The notes: a model not told the origin generated them from the sequence alone. A stretch of 64,000 bases of DNA from Macrostomum lignano (GCA_002269645.1 NIVC01000913.1:62001-126000); one strand, 5' to 3'. Shown: positions 38,971-63,269, counted from the first letter of the stretch. Numbers and translations are program-made.

Positions 38971-41037
38971 AGGTGCACGGATTTTGATCAACCAACTGTA
39001 ACAAAGACTCATTAGACTTGAGTAGCCCGTGCACACCATAAACCTTTTTCAAGCCGTTATAGACGTGCAGCTCAGCCGCTGTCCCGGGGGAGGAAGGCGC
39101 TCAGTCGAGCAGGAAGGCGAGGCAATCAAGGGGGTCCCGAGCGTGAATAGCAGGCAGCAGATGTTCAACCAGGCTAATTTGAGAACTTCTCAATCGCCGC
39201 CACTCCCCCCTCTCTGTCTCAGGCTCAGCTCGCAATATTGAGCATTTTCATGAAGAAAGGGCTTGCGCCATTCGAAACTGCGGTGGGATTTTCTTCCCCA
39301 ACTCCTCGGAGTCACAGCACGAGGCCCCACGCGACCGCGGAGTCGTCTGACATCTGGCCGACTGTTTCGATTCGCACCTGGCATTAGGCAGAGCCGTCAA
39401 TTCTCTATATGCAACCGGCCTTCCTCTCGGGGAGCTCAACCCTTTTTACTGTGCTTCTTGCCTGTCTCTCGTGTGCTCATTAGTGCGGAAAATCCCCACC
39501 TTCTCTTTAAAATAGACCAAGCCTTAGTGTTGGTTCCTGAATCCAAATTCTCGTTTAAGAAGCCCCTCTAAAACCTTGCACCTTAATAGTTTAAACGGTA
39601 TCTATAATTATATTAACTATATGTTAACTATATCGAACATATCCGTGATGCTGTTTATCAGTTTTTGCTTGTAAACACTATATTTGATCTGGTGTTGAGT
39701 CTATAGAGACATAGTATTTCACCAAGATTCGGCCTGTTCCTAATAACTTCCTTGGAAATGCCGATAAGAGATAAGAGAAGAGCATGGCTGCTTTTGCTGA
39801 ATTTCTACTCTTGTGCTTCTAACTTCTTGGTCGGCAATTCTTTCTCTGTCTACAGTCAGTCTATGGTAGAAGGCCCCACATGAAGGCCGCTCTCACAAGA
39901 ACAGGATTCGAATGAGTCACGCGTGCCGTGTCTTCTGTCGGTGAGGGGGGGGGGTTTCTTGATGAATTTGAACAGCTGCGAGGCCCCCATATTGTTCCCA
40001 TTTTCCTCGGGGCCCCCAAGGCTTTGCATGCAGCCTAGCTCGTGTTCAATATTTTTCCATTTATGGGAACAAAGAAGGGGGCCAGCCAAAACTATAAGGG
40101 AACGAAGAGCCACCACCATCTTTTACGGCCTCCCTCGAAGCCCCTTCACCCCCCCCCCCACTCTCGAGGGAAGCACACAGCGCATATGAGAGAGAAGGGC
40201 GCACGCGCCCCTGGGCCCTGTCGAACAAAATTAATGAGGCCACCGTGGGGCCCCAAATTCTAAAATCCGAACCCCCCACCTCGTGCCTGCCTGGCTATAT
40301 TGGGTTGTAAAACCAACACCCCACGCTTACCCCGTCTAGGCCTGTGCTTGTCTGTGCTGTGGTGGTGTGGAGCTGAAGGGGTTTCCCTCTGCCTCACTGC
40401 CTGCCCGTTTTACCCTGGCCCTGAAATCGATTAAGTCGCGTGGCCCAGGCCCGCTAGCCAAGACGCAAACCTTCGTCCTTGCCCCTCCACTCCACCCCAC
40501 TATGCACGCGACTAACTATAAGCTGTGTAAATAGACATACATAGCTTAGTTTCTTGCTTAATGTTTAATGATTCCTCTTATCTTGTATGTACAGTGGCGC
40601 TCTTCACTCTTCGAATGCTTTACTATATGCAGCAATTATGCTCCAAATAAAAGACGATCAAAATGAGCTGATGTAGAATTAAACAAGTTTTTTACACATT
40701 GTATTTTAAAATGCAAGTAACTTATTGGTCAATCGATGATATTATGTTTTTTATAAAAATATGATTATTATAAAGGAACAATAATGCTGACAGAAAGGAG
40801 AAACAAAATAGTTAATTAAATAAAAACAGTATATACATTGATTGTACTTTTGTAATTTTGCGCATGTAAACTTTGACGGATTTGAAACATTGAGCCATAA
40901 TGTTGAATATTAAATATAGAAATGGCAATGTTTTTACAGAGCATGTAAGAGAAAGTGATGGATTCAGATTAACGGTCAAGCAACATAATGCACTAACTCT
41001 GTCTCTTATGTCAGGATGTTAGAAATCAAAATCCTTT

Positions 41038-43171
41038 TTAATTGCCGCTCCCAGAAGATGAGGAACTGCCGGCCTTCTTTGCTCCATTGATTGCAGTTTC
41101 GTCCAGGGTCAAACGTCTCTTCTTTAGCGGGAAGATGTCTGTAAATGGAGATTTAAGAAAGATTGGCAGGCTTAAAAGGAGATTCTACAAAATGTTAAGT
41201 CTTATCTGTCGAATCGAATCCCAATTCTCGCGTTTGGGGGATTTGGGGATTTCTATTCTCTAGCCAATGGACATGGCAACCCAAGTGATTGCGTAATCGA
41301 GCTTGATATATTGACCGATAGATATCGTTAAATGTTTGGCTCCGTTTTGTCCCGACCTTCACCCGACTATTTTGGTTGCTATGCTAACATGGCGGCGGGC
41401 CCCCATAGGAGCTTGAAGAAGGTTTAACAAAGACTTGCGGGGCGCCGCGCCTTCCCATTCCCCATTTGGACGTGTACACAGTAAGAACTATGGGTGCCAT
41501 GTGGGCTGTCTCAGGGTCTGGCACTTTGCCAATACAATCATCGCCATGGGCACATATACGCTTTAATATTAAATTGCGTACATATTAGAATATTATACAA
41601 TACCCTCATAGCCTAACTAAAGTCTCATATTTAGAATTATTATTGTGTTATTGTTGGCAAGATGCCAGAAGCAGGTTTTTTATGAGTATGAATTCAGGCA
41701 ACTGCTCAGGTGAGACTACTGCTTATTAGTATTAGTATTTATATTGATATATCTGAAAATGCCTTCTCTCCTTATCATTATCTATTCTCTCATCATGGAC
41801 ATCTTACTTCTTATGCCGTTATAGATATCTATTTTCTCCTTATAGAATATTAATTTTCTTTTTGTAGGTATACTCTTCTCACACATTTCTATTCTCTCCT
41901 AATGGATATCTATTCTTTCCTCATAGTTATCTATTCTCTCATCGTGGATATCTATTCTTTCCTCATGGATACCTTATTCTCTCATCATTGATATCTAGAT
42001 TCCATTCTCTCATCATGAATATCTATTCTCTTCTCATTGATATCTATTCTCTCCCCATTGATATCTATTTTCTACTCATTGATATCTATTCTCTCATCGT
42101 AGATATCTATTCTCTTCTTATTGATATATTCTCTCCTGTCTCCTCATGTATATATATTCTCTCGTCATTGATATATATTCTCTCCTTATTGATATCTATT
42201 CTCTCCTCGTGGATGTCTATTTTCTCCTCATTGATATCTATTCTCTCCTCATTGATATCTATTCTCTCCTCATGGATGTCTATTTTCTCCTCATTGATAT
42301 CTATTCTCTCCTCATTGATATCTATTCTCTCCTCATGGATGTCTATTTTCTCCTCATTGATATCTATTCTCTCCTCATGGATGTCTATTTTCTCCTCATT
42401 GATATCTATTCTCTTCGACTTCTCATAGATTTATTCTAGCCGTTATCTTTTAGTTATATATAAAGTCACAGCATTAATTATATACAATTCAGCCTCATCT
42501 CTCGTGTGTGCATGGGTATAGGATACCAAAATATCAGATTTCAATGGAGTCAAGTCAGCTCCCTTCTCAGTCCTCAGCCTCTCACCTGTAATTTGTGCCT
42601 GCTGCGAACCAGAAAGCCTCGCTCTGCACGTCCTCGAGCTCAGACTCAGGCTCATACTCGTAGAGGAATTGCCGCCCGCAGAATAGCTTGATGAAGAAGT
42701 GGGAGTCTGCTGCTTTTTAATTGTCACCGGCTGTCGGATGCGCCGCCGACTTTTCTTGCTTGCAGTCGAAGAAGAAACTAATGCTGCTGCTGCTGCAATA
42801 GTCTGCTGCTCCCGGCGCGGCTTCATCTGGCGCTGGAGGCTCTGCTCCCTGTCTTCTTGCGCTTCGTCTTCCTCTACTAGGAGACTGTCGTGGCAGCAGC
42901 TGCAGCCTGAGCTGTGACAACGATAATAGTCCGGCAGTTGATCGGCGCTCGCCAAACGCCAACTAAGACAGCCATATTTAGCTTTAAACCTGTCCGCATC
43001 TGCAGCAATGCACAGCCGCATGCTAGCTAGAAGAGCCTGGACAAGCTGCTGTTGACTTGAACCAGCAGCAACTGCCTGCTCTGTGTCGTGTGGCGGTGAG
43101 GGCGACTGCGTTGACGGTGGAAACAGGGCGGAGCTATTGCTGGTTGATGACAATAGCTTGCGTTGCAGCAT
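41038..43171 (-). CDS. CDKN1: Divergent Cip/Kip-type CDK inhibitor; exons 43171-42586 and 41138-41038, about 228 aa
   Basis: DRFKAKYG..CLSWRLASADQLPDYYR resembles the p27 QRKWNF..KYEWQEVEKGSLPEFYYR. A phase-1 splice (ACAG|gtgag...tttacag|AC) builds QAQITDIFPLKKRRL, a p21-like PIP degron with an NLS. Confidence 0.7.
41760..42430. repeat. Degenerate 21-bp minisatellite (GATATCTATTCTCTCCTCATT) in the CKI intron
   Basis: Read directly. Confidence 0.9.
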
Positions 43172-44764
43172 TTTGCTGGTTTTTAGCGAATATTAGAATT
43201 CAGATCCACCGGATTGATTGGGAATTGGACTGTGAACCTTGATTTCAGTTTTCCAAGCTGGTTTTATAGTTCCCTCGCCATAACAGTTTAGCCAAGAAGG
43301 AGGAGGGTGGGGTGGGTGGTGGGTCCTGGGCCAGCCAATAGCGGCTGAGTGGGGCCAACCCCCCCCCCCCCCCAACTGGAAACTTCATGTGCAGTTCAAA
43401 AACCGCCCTCCAACCCTCAATCCCCAACCCCCCTGCAATAAACCCGGGCCTGCAGTCTGTGCATATGGAATAGAAACGTGGGGAAGGGCGGAACGGGGAA
43501 GTGTTATCTGACTTAGGGTGCCAGTTAAGGTCTTTGTTGAACTATTTAAAATTTAAATTAGGTCTCGCTTCGCTAGAGGCGTTACTTTTGTGTATGCCGT
43601 ATAGGGAGGCGAGGGGTGGTGGACAGGACAGGAAAAGTGATCCTTGTGTGCTTGAAATTCAATCGCGTGGACCAACGCAGTATGAAAATTACGTGACCAA
43701 AGCAAAACAATTACAAATTAACAATTCAAGTTTTTATTTCGACAGATTTCAGATTTGCAACATCTTTAAAAATTGGAGTTGAATTCCTTTCCGAGAAGTT
43801 CCAACTATAACGGTCAAAAATTATATGCGTAATCGCGAATCCTACCTTAATTGTAGGCGGTTTCAATGTGCTCTTTATTTTGAGTTTGCCTGGACTTGCG
43901 CGTGTATATAATTTTGCATTTTATATCGAAGGCCTGGTTGCACTGGTCATTCGCTGACACTAGAATAATCTCCTGTTTCCAACAACTCACTGAAATTCCT
44001 ATTCACAGAAATTGGTATTCATGGAAAATACTATTCACAGATAGCCCTTGCTCACAGAAATTCCTATTCGATGAATCCATCCTCACTGAAATCTCCTATC
44101 CACTGAAATCCTTCATCACTGAAATCCCAAATCTCACAGAATTATTTCTTGCAATTATTCACTTTTCCTTACAGGTTTCCAGGTTTTGTAAACAAAATAT
44201 TCAGTACAACCCGTAATACCCTACTGTGAGTAGAAATATACAGAAAAGGCAACTATTTTCATCGTTAGCAGCTGCCTGCCTCGGCTGTCTGCACATGGTG
44301 AAAAGTAAAAAAAATATTCACGTTAATTTTTACACGCTGAAAGCCGAACGGCAAAAACGAAAACTTTGGCTTTAGAAAAACTGTTAAGTTAAAAAATGAG
44401 CTCGTGTTTTCATCAAGGCGTCCAGGTTCGCAGCCCAATGCGCAAAAGTGTATCATATGCTTCGAGTGAACGCAGTCCCTGTCTGGCCACAACAAGAGAA
44501 ACAACAAACTCAAAGTATAACTGCGCAATTGTTAACGAGGATCTACATGGCAAACGGAATAGCAACAGTAGTTTTTGAGGTACCAGGACTTAGGGATTGG
44601 ACACAGTGAGGCGCTGTCCTCTCAAGGACCACTGGTGGAGATGTGATAGTACTAAAGTACTAATAAAACTTTCAAATGCTAATATTCAGTGTCGGATGCT
44701 AATTTCCCGTGTCAAATGCAAATATCTAGTGTCAGATGCAAATATCCAGTGTCAGATGCTAATA

Positions 44765-47710
44765 ACCAGTGTCAGGTGCTAATAGACGCTAATATTCTGT
44801 GTCAGATGCTAATATCCTGTGTCAGATGCTAATATTAGTGTCAGATGCTAATATCTAGTGTCAGATGCTAATATCCGTGTCAGATGCTAATATCAGTGTC
44901 AGATGCTAATATCAGTGTCAGATGCTAATATCAGTGTCAGATGCTAATATCCAGTGTCAGATGCTAATATGCTGTGTCAGACGCTAATATCCTGTGTCAG
45001 ATGCTAATATCAGTGTCAGATGCTAATATCAGTGTCAGATGCTAATATCAGTGTCAGATGCTAATATCCAGTGTCAGATGCTAATATCCTGTGTCAGATG
45101 CTAATATCTAGTGTCAGATGCTAATATCTAGTGTCAGATGCTAATATCTAGTGTCAGATGCTAATATCTAGTGTCAGATGCTTATATCTAGTGTCAGACG
45201 CTAATATCTAGTGTCAGATGCTAATATCAAGTGTCAGATGCTAATATCAGTGTCAAATGCTTATATCTAGTGTCAGACGCTAATATCCTGTGTCAGATGC
45301 TAATATCCTGTGTCAGATGCTAATATCCTGTGTCAGATGCTAATATCCTGTGTCAGATGCTAATATCCAGTGTCAGATGCTAATATCCTGTGTCAGATGC
45401 TAATATCCAGTGTCAGGTGCTAATAGACGCTAATATTCTGTGTCAGATGCTAATATTAGTGGCAGATGCTAATATTAGTGTCAGATGCTAATATCCTGTG
45501 TCAGATGCTAATATTAGTGGCAGATGCTAATAATAGTGTCAGATGCTAATATCCAGTGTCAGATGCTAATATCAGTGTCAGATGCTAATATCAAGTGTCA
45601 GATGCTAATATATAGTGTCAGACGCTAATAACCAGTGTCAGGTGCTAATAGACGCTAATATTCTGTGTCAGATGCTAATATTAGTGGCAGATGCTAATAT
45701 TAGTGTCAGATGCTAATATTAAGTGTCAGATGCTAATATCCAGTGTCAGATGCTGATATCTAGTGTCAGACGCTAATATCCTGTGTCAGACGCTAATATC
45801 CTGTGTCAGATGCTAATATTCGTGTCAGATGCTAATATCAGTGTCAGATGCTAATATCCAGTTTCAGATGCTAATATGCTGTGTCAGACGCTAATATCCT
45901 GTGTCAGATGCTAATATCCAGTGTCAGATGCTTATATCTAGTGTCAGACGCTAATATCCTGTGTCAGATGCTAATATCAGTGTCAGATGCTAATATCCAG
46001 TTCAGGTGCTAATGAATGCTAAAATCCAGTGTTAGATGCTAATATCTAATCTAGTGTCAGATGCTAATATCCAGTGTCAGATGCTAATATCCTGTGTCAG
46101 ATGCTAATATTAGTGTCAGATGCTAATATCAAGTGTCAGATGCTTATATCCTGTGTCAGATGCTAATATCCAGTGTCAGATGCTAATATCCAGTGTCAGA
46201 TGATTATATCTAGTGTCAGACGCTAATATCCTGTGTCAGATGCTAATATCCAGTGTCAGATGCTAATATCAGTGTCAGATGCTAATATCTAGTGTCAGAT
46301 GCTAATATCTAGTGTCAGATGCTAATATCTAGTGTCAGACGCTAATATCAGTGTCAAATGCTAATATCAGTGTCAGATGCTAATATCAGTGTCAGATGCT
46401 AATATCAGTGTCAGATGCTAATATCCAGTTCAGGTGCTAATGAATGCTAAAATCCAGTGTTAGAAGCTAATATCTAGTGTCAGATGCTAATATCCAGTGT
46501 CAGATGCTAATATCCTGTGTCAGATGCTAATATTAGTGTCAGATGCTAATATCAAGTGTCAGATGCTTATATCCTGTGTCAGATGCTAATATCCAGTGTC
46601 AGATGCTAATATCCTGTGTCAGATGCTAATATCCTGTGTCAGATGCTAATATCCAGTGTCAAATGCTAATATTAGTGTCAGATGCTAATATGCTGTGTCA
46701 GATGCTAATATCCTGTGTCAGACGCTAATATCCAGTGTCAGATGCTAATATCCTGTGTCAAATGCTAATATTAGTGTCAGATGCTAATATGCTGTGTCAG
46801 ATGCTAATATCCTGTGTCAGACGCTAATATCCAGTGTCAGATGCTAATATCCTGTGTCAGATGCTAATATCTAGTGTCAGACGCTAATATCCTGTGTCAG
46901 ACGCTAATATCCTGTGTCAGACGCTAATATCTAGTGTCAGACGCTAATATCCTGTGTCAGACGCTAATATCCTGTGTCAGACGCTAATATCCAGTGTCAG
47001 ATGCTAATATCCTGTGTCAGACGTTAATATCCTGTGTCAGACGCTAATATCCAGTGTCAGATGCTAATATCCTGTGTCAGATGCTAATATCCTGTGTCAG
47101 ACGCTAATATCTAGTGTCAGACGCTAATATCCTGTGTCAGATGCTAATATCCAGTGTCAGATGCTTATATCTAGTGTCAGACGCTAATATCCTGTGTCAG
47201 ATGCTAATATCAGTGTCAGATGCTAATATCCAGTTCAGGTGCTAATGAATGCTAAAATCCAGTGTCAGATGCTAATATCCAGTGTCAGATGCTAATATCC
47301 AGTGTCAGATGCTAATATCCTGTGTCAGATGCTAATATTAGTGTCAGATGCTAATATCAAGTGTCAGATGCTTATATCCTGTGTCAGATGCTAATATCCA
47401 GTGTCAGATGCTAATATCCAGTGTCAGATGATTATATCTAGTGTCAGACGCTAATATCCAGTGTCAGATGCTAATATCAGTGTCAGATGCTAATATCTAG
47501 TGTCAGATGCTAATATCTAGTGTCAGACGCTAATATCAGTGTCAAATGCTAATATCAGTGTCAGATGCTAATATCAGTGTCAAATGCTAATATCAGTGTC
47601 AAATGCTAATATCAGTGTCAAATGCTAATATCTAGTGTCAGATGCTAATATCTAGTGTCAAATGCTAATATCTAGTGTCAGATGCTAATATCTAGTGTTA
47701 GATGCTAATA
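44765..47710. repeat. 19-20-bp minisatellite of about 3 kb (GTGTCAGATGCTAATATCYW)
   Basis: Roughly 150 copies; longest array in the window. Confidence 0.98.
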
Positions 47711-48399
47711 CCGGGTATCATTGTTAATTAAAAGAGTCTGGTGCTGTTCTCTAGTGTCAGAAGTTAGTTTCAGCCACGCCTAAGGAGTGGCACACCCAGA
47801 CGCTGTCTTGATAAAAAATTGTTACACATGTAGACAGAAATAGTCTGCCCAGGTTAATAATTTGCTATTCGATATCGCTACAGACGCTAAAACTTAGTCG
47901 CTCTCTCCACATGCTCTGCCAGTATTCGTGCACCAAATATCAAATAACACGTTTTCACGACTTGGAAAGGGTTTGTTTTACAAAATACAGAAATATCAAC
48001 TTAAAAACTTCCCACGAATTAAAGAGTTCGCAGACGGCGCCCAAGGCCCCTGTGTGTTGTCAGCACACTTGTGCTATAGTTGCATTTCACTCAATGCAGT
48101 TGCTGACGGCTACACAAAATAGAGTTCATGTTAGTACCTACGTGTTGATCATTGGCCATTGGGTTAAATGTACTCGACTTTGGATCAGTCAAATCAGTCA
48201 TGATTAGCTGTGCCGTGTTATTCGCAAACTGGTTACAGGGCGCCTGGGGGTTTTAATTGGCGTTGGAGTGATTGAAGCGTTGTATATACAAAGGTAGCTT
48301 AAATTGCTTTTGGGATAGAAGGAATTTTATAGGCATCCCTAGTGAAAATTATCCCCTCTACCCTCTCCTCTCCTCTCCCGTTTCTGGTGCATATCCCCT

Positions 48400-48860
48400 C
48401 TCTCCTCTCCAGTCTCTCCTCTCCAGTCTCTCCTCTCCAGTCTCTCCTCTCCAGTCTCTCCTCTCCAGTCTCTCCTCTCCTGTCTCTCCTCTCCAGTCTC
48501 TCCTCTCCTGTCTCTCCTCTCCAGTCTCTCCTCTCCAGTCTTTCCTCTCCAATCTGACCTCTCCAGTCTCTCCTCTCCAGTCTCTCCTCTCCAGTCTCTC
48601 CTCTCCAATCTGACCTCTCCAGTCTCACCTTTTCCCTCTCTCTTCTCCTGTCTCACATCTTCTCTCTCTCCTCTCCTGTCTCACTTCTTCCCTCTCTTCT
48701 CTCCTGTCTCACTTCTTCCCTCTCTCCTCTCCTGTCTCACTTCTTCCCTCTCTCCTCTCCTCTCCTGTCTCACTTCTTCACTCTCTCCTCTTCTGTCTCA
48801 CTTCTTTCCCCTCTCCTCTCCTGTCTCACTTCTTCCATCTCTTCTCTCCTCTCCTGTCTA
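48400..48860. repeat. CT-rich short-unit repeats (CTCTCCTCTCCAGT; CTCCTGTCTCACTTCTTCC)
   Basis: Read directly. Confidence 0.9.
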
Positions 48861-49482
48861 ACCAGGCCGTGAAAGTCTCCAGACATGAGCCCTATCGAGC
48901 ATGTCTGAGCCTGTCCAGAATTGTTGTTGATCAGGATGCCACGGAGAATCGATGGCTCAATTAATTGCAGTGTGAACGAGCCTTAGGGACCAAAAATCAA
49001 CAGGTGAAATTTATTTCAATTTCTATGCATCATATATTTATGAATATGCATGTATATTAATAAATAAATATATATATAATATTGAGGGCATTCATTTAGT
49101 GCAGAAGCAGAAGTCACACAGAGGCGAACAGTGTGTGTTTGTATTGCTTTTGCGCGACTAACTGTTCTGATAGCTTGTTCTCGCTAGTGCGAATTCAATT
49201 GAGAAAAAACGCACACCGTATTGGAGCAAATGCACCAAAGATGCGGTAAGTCGGTAAGTAAGGGGCTTCTTCGAGGGTGGCGAGGCATGCAGGCTGTAAA
49301 AAGCAGAAGAACAAATTCTCTAAAGTTCTGTTCCAGTTTGTTTGCCTGTCTGCCCGGTTGCTGCTCGGGTGAGGGGCAGAGAAAAATAATAAGCATAGCG
49401 AAAGTCAACTCCAGCTGAAGGGGCCGGCAGGGAGACAGGCAGGAAAGGAATGCCACGAGATGACGAATCAGACAGAACGTGC

Positions 49483-59524
<10,042 letters not shown>

Positions 59525-59694
59525 TTTGCTGCAGCAAATCAAATACTTATTTCAATATCCAATTATTTATTTTCAAGATTTGCTATGCGTACGAATGTTT
59601 ATTCCGTAGTGAAATATTTCATTGTCAAAAATTCACTTAATGTCGATTAAAAGCACTTCAACAGGCGCAATTTCGCTGCGGTTCTTTCAATGTG

Positions 59695-59970
59695 GCAGCC
59701 AATGCCTGACGCGCTTCACTGGGCCGGTTTTAAATGCAGACTGCTAACCCACAAAACTGGCCGTCCAATAGCGGGCAGCCTATTAAACCATAGCCAATAT
59801 GCATACGCTGAGCGTCTACTGTCAGTAGCCAATTAGCGAATATTAAATGCGCAATTTTAAAATTCTTTAATTTATAACGGGAAATTGGCTTTGAAAATTT
59901 CAGAATAAATTGTGCGTGGCGGAGAATAATTGCCGAATATGCTCCGCCCCCCGCGGCCCCCCCGCTGAGA
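59695..59970 (-). promoter_or_regulatory. CCAAT/GC-box cluster upstream of the PDZRN first exon
   Basis: CCAAT (plus-strand orientation) at 59699, 59765, 59794 and 59829; CCGCCC at about 59944. Confidence 0.45.
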
Positions 59971-60524
59971 CCACTTGCGTGAGCGGTATTGACATTTCCA
60001 TTGATAGAGATTGAGCTCAGCTGGGTCTCTGGGCGAGATAATGGACTGCGGCAAAGTCTGGCGCCCATTATAGCCAGGCAACTGTCTTATCTGACAAATC
60101 AAGACTTTCAGGCATTTATCAGCCAGTTCCAATCTACGCCAGTGTCCCGCCTTGCTGAGCTGCTGACAGGGCAGCAATGCAAAAGCAGCCTTGCAGCGCC
60201 AAGCCTCAATTCCAATCTCTGCATTATTTGTCATTTAAATAGTCATTTCTTGGGACTTGGCTTTGCTTCGGCTGTCAGCGATCATAAATATATTTTTTAA
60301 TTGAAGTTTCTCAGCCCCGCAGTTTTTCTGTCCACAAATCCGGTGTGCAATGAATTCAATGGCCAGGGTTTATGGGATTGTCACCAGCTCTGGGCCCGCC
60401 TGCTTCCGCCTGCTTCAGTTCCCGTCTTAGTCCACAGGTTCAGCTGGGCCTGAATTTGCTGCCTCTCTGCACACTCCGCTGCAATGGGGGACTGCTTCCC
60501 GTCCGACTCTCTTTTCTCTCCCCT

Positions 60525-61625
60525 TTGACTCTCCCCTTTGACTCTCCCCTTTGACTCTCCCCCTCTGACTCTCCCCTTTGACTCTCCCCTTTGACTCTCC
60601 CCCTCTGACTCTCCACTTTGACTCTCCCCTTTGACTCTCCCCTTTGACTCTCCCCCTTTGACTCTCCCCCTCTGACTCTCCCCCCTCTGACTCTCCCCTC
60701 TGACTCTCCCCTTTGACTCTCCCCCTCTGACTCTCCCTTCTGACTCCCCTCCGACTCTCCCCTTTGACTCTCCCCTTTGACTCTCCCCTTTGACTCTCCC
60801 CTTTGATTCTCCCCTTTGACTCTCCCCTTTGACTCTCCCCTTTGACTCTCCCCTTTGACTCTCCCCTCTGACTCTCCCCTTTGACTCTCCCCTTTGACTC
60901 TTCCCTTTGACTCTCCCCTTTGACTCTCCCCTCTGACTCTCCCCCTCTGACTCTCCCCCTCTGACTGTCCCCGCTCTGATTCTCCCCTTTGACTCTCCCC
61001 CTCTGACTCTCCCCCCTCTGACTCTCCCCCTCTGACTCTCCCCTCTGACTTTCCCCTCTGACTCTCTCTGACTCTCCTCCTCTAACTTTACCCTCTGACT
61101 CTCCCCGCTCTGACTCTCCCCCCTGACTCTCACCCCTGACTCACACCCCTGACTCTCATCCCTGACTCTCCCTTTGACTCTCCCCTTTTATTCTCCCCTC
61201 TGACTCCCCACTATGACTCTCTCCTCTGACTCTCCCCTCTGACTTTACCCTCTGCTGACTCTCCACTTTAACTCTCCCTTCTGACTCTCCCCGCTCTGAC
61301 TCTCCACTCTGACTCCCAGCTCTGACTCACTCCGCTCTGACTCTCCCCTCTGACTCTCCCTTCTGACTCCCCTCTGACTCTCCCCTCTGACTCTCCCCTC
61401 TGACTCTCCCCCCTCTAACTTTACCCTCTGACTCTCCCCCATCTAACTTTACCCTCTGACTCTCCCCCATCTAACTTTACCCTCTGACTCTCCCCGCTCT
61501 GACTCTCACCCTTGACTCTCTCCTCTGACTCTCCCCTCTGCTGACTCTCCACTTTAACTTCCCCTTCTGACTCTCCCCGCTCTGACTCTCCCCGCTCTGA
61601 CTCTCCACTCTGACTTCCCTTATAA
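60525..61625. repeat. 12-13-bp minisatellite (GACTCTCCCCTYT)
   Basis: Read directly. Confidence 0.95.
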
Positions 61626-62164
61626 CTCTCTCCTTACCTACCCCCCTACCTGCTCAGGTTCATACTTAACAGAAAATATCTGGAACGAGTGTATATAGCA
61701 TTGTTATGAACTATTTACAGCTCTACTGAAGAAAAAAACAAATTAGAATACTGGCATTGGACTCCGGTCTGATTTTCCTCTCTGACTCTCTGACTCTGAC
61801 TCAAGTTATTGATCATAATTGCTGCTGTTTGGTACAATAAAAGCCTTGCTATATGAACCATCAGTTTATAGGTACCGGTATGTTAGATTTCGAAACAAGT
61901 TCGACCAAAGTTCGAATAAAAAAACCAGCTCATACGGTAGTTATGGACCACGCGCTATTCGAGTTTTATAACCCAAATCATGGCCCATATGCTCCCCCAT
62001 ATGCCCCTCCATAAACTGGTGAGGAAGGCTTGCTTCTTGGTTTTTGTGCGCCTAAACTGTGTTGGATGAACCTGAGTGAGCATCTCTGACTGCAACTTTG
62101 TTTCCGGCTAGGATTAGCTGAGTTGAATAAAATCTAGAATATGGGATAGCAATTATTAACAGAA

Positions 62165-62710
62165 GGGTGAAAGAGGAGGGTGAAAGGAGAGAAGGGAAAG
62201 AGTGAATGGAGAGAGTGAACGGAGAGAGTGAACGGAGAGAGTGAAGGGAGAGAGTGAAGGGAGACAGTGAAGGGAAAGAGTGAAGGGAGAGAGTGAAGCG
62301 AGAGAGTGAAGGGAGAGAGTGAAGCGAGAGAGTGAAGGGAAAGAGTGAAGGGAGAGAGTGAAGGGAGAGAGTGAAGCGAGAGAGTGTAGGGAGAGAGTGA
62401 AGCGAGAGAGTGAAGGGAGAGAGTGAAGCGAGAGAGTGAAGGGAGAGAATGAAGCGAGAGAGTGAAGGGAAAGAGTGAAGGGAGAGAGTGAAGGGAGAGA
62501 GTGAAGCGAGAGAGTGAAGGGAGAGAGTGAAGCGAGAGAGTGAAGGGAGAGAGTGAAGGGAGAGAGTGAAGCGAGAGAGTGAAGGGAAAGAGTGAAGGGA
62601 GAGAGTGAAGCGAGAGAGTGAAGGGAGAGTGTGAAGGGAGAGAGTGAAGGGAGAGAGTGAAGGGTGAGAGTGAAGGGTGAGAGTGAAGGGTGAGAGTAAA
62701 GGGTGAGAGC
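62165..62710. repeat. 13-bp minisatellite (GAGAGAGTGAAGS)
   Basis: Read directly. Confidence 0.95.
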
Positions 62711-63269
62711 AGACTTATCTTTCGCTCCGTATGTGGGCGGCTAGGAAACTGGGGTACAAAGGACAGATAAAGCACAGCGCCTCAACACTGCAAGGCCAGC
62801 AGCCAGCATTCCGATTGTGAAATGCGATTTAATTTCGCAGTTTTTTTCGGCACAGAAACCAGCAGCAGCATCTGGCGGCCGTGTGCGCACTGGGAGGTGT
62901 CGGGGGGTCGGGGGGGGAGGAGCTGGGTTGTCCAAACACGTCAGGGGGGGTTCTGACTGTGCTCGGCGCTTGTCCTCAGTAATTCTGTCTCGATTTGGAG
63001 GGCCGTTTCTTTGGCGGCAGGATCAAAGAGAATTAGGGGGGGTGGGTAGGGAGAGATCGTGGCAGACCCGCAGCGTCTGGCGCATAAGAATTCTGGGTTT
63101 TGCTGTTTTCGGACGAAATTGATGGCATCTTGGAGAGGAGGCAGCAGTGCGGGCCATTGCTTCAGATCTCCAATTGGCTTTTCTTTTGCAGAGAGTCGAA
63201 TTTACTCCAATAATGCAGAATTCGAAGGAAATTTACAACTTTGAAATGCCTGAGACAAAGTTGAGATGC

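Noticed and set aside
39000-40500. GC-rich segment with short ORFs and G/C runs, possibly MITE remnants
   Set aside because: I could not define TIRs, TSDs or a coherent reading frame.
41042-41263. 73-aa plus-strand ORF
   Set aside because: It is antisense to the CKI last exon, which has the splice signal and the motif.
42583-42716. Alternative minus frame KAADSHFFIKLFCGRQFLYEYEPESELEDVQSEAFW
   Set aside because: It looks protein-like but is preceded by a stop with no workable intron; the main frame gives the phase-consistent PIP box.
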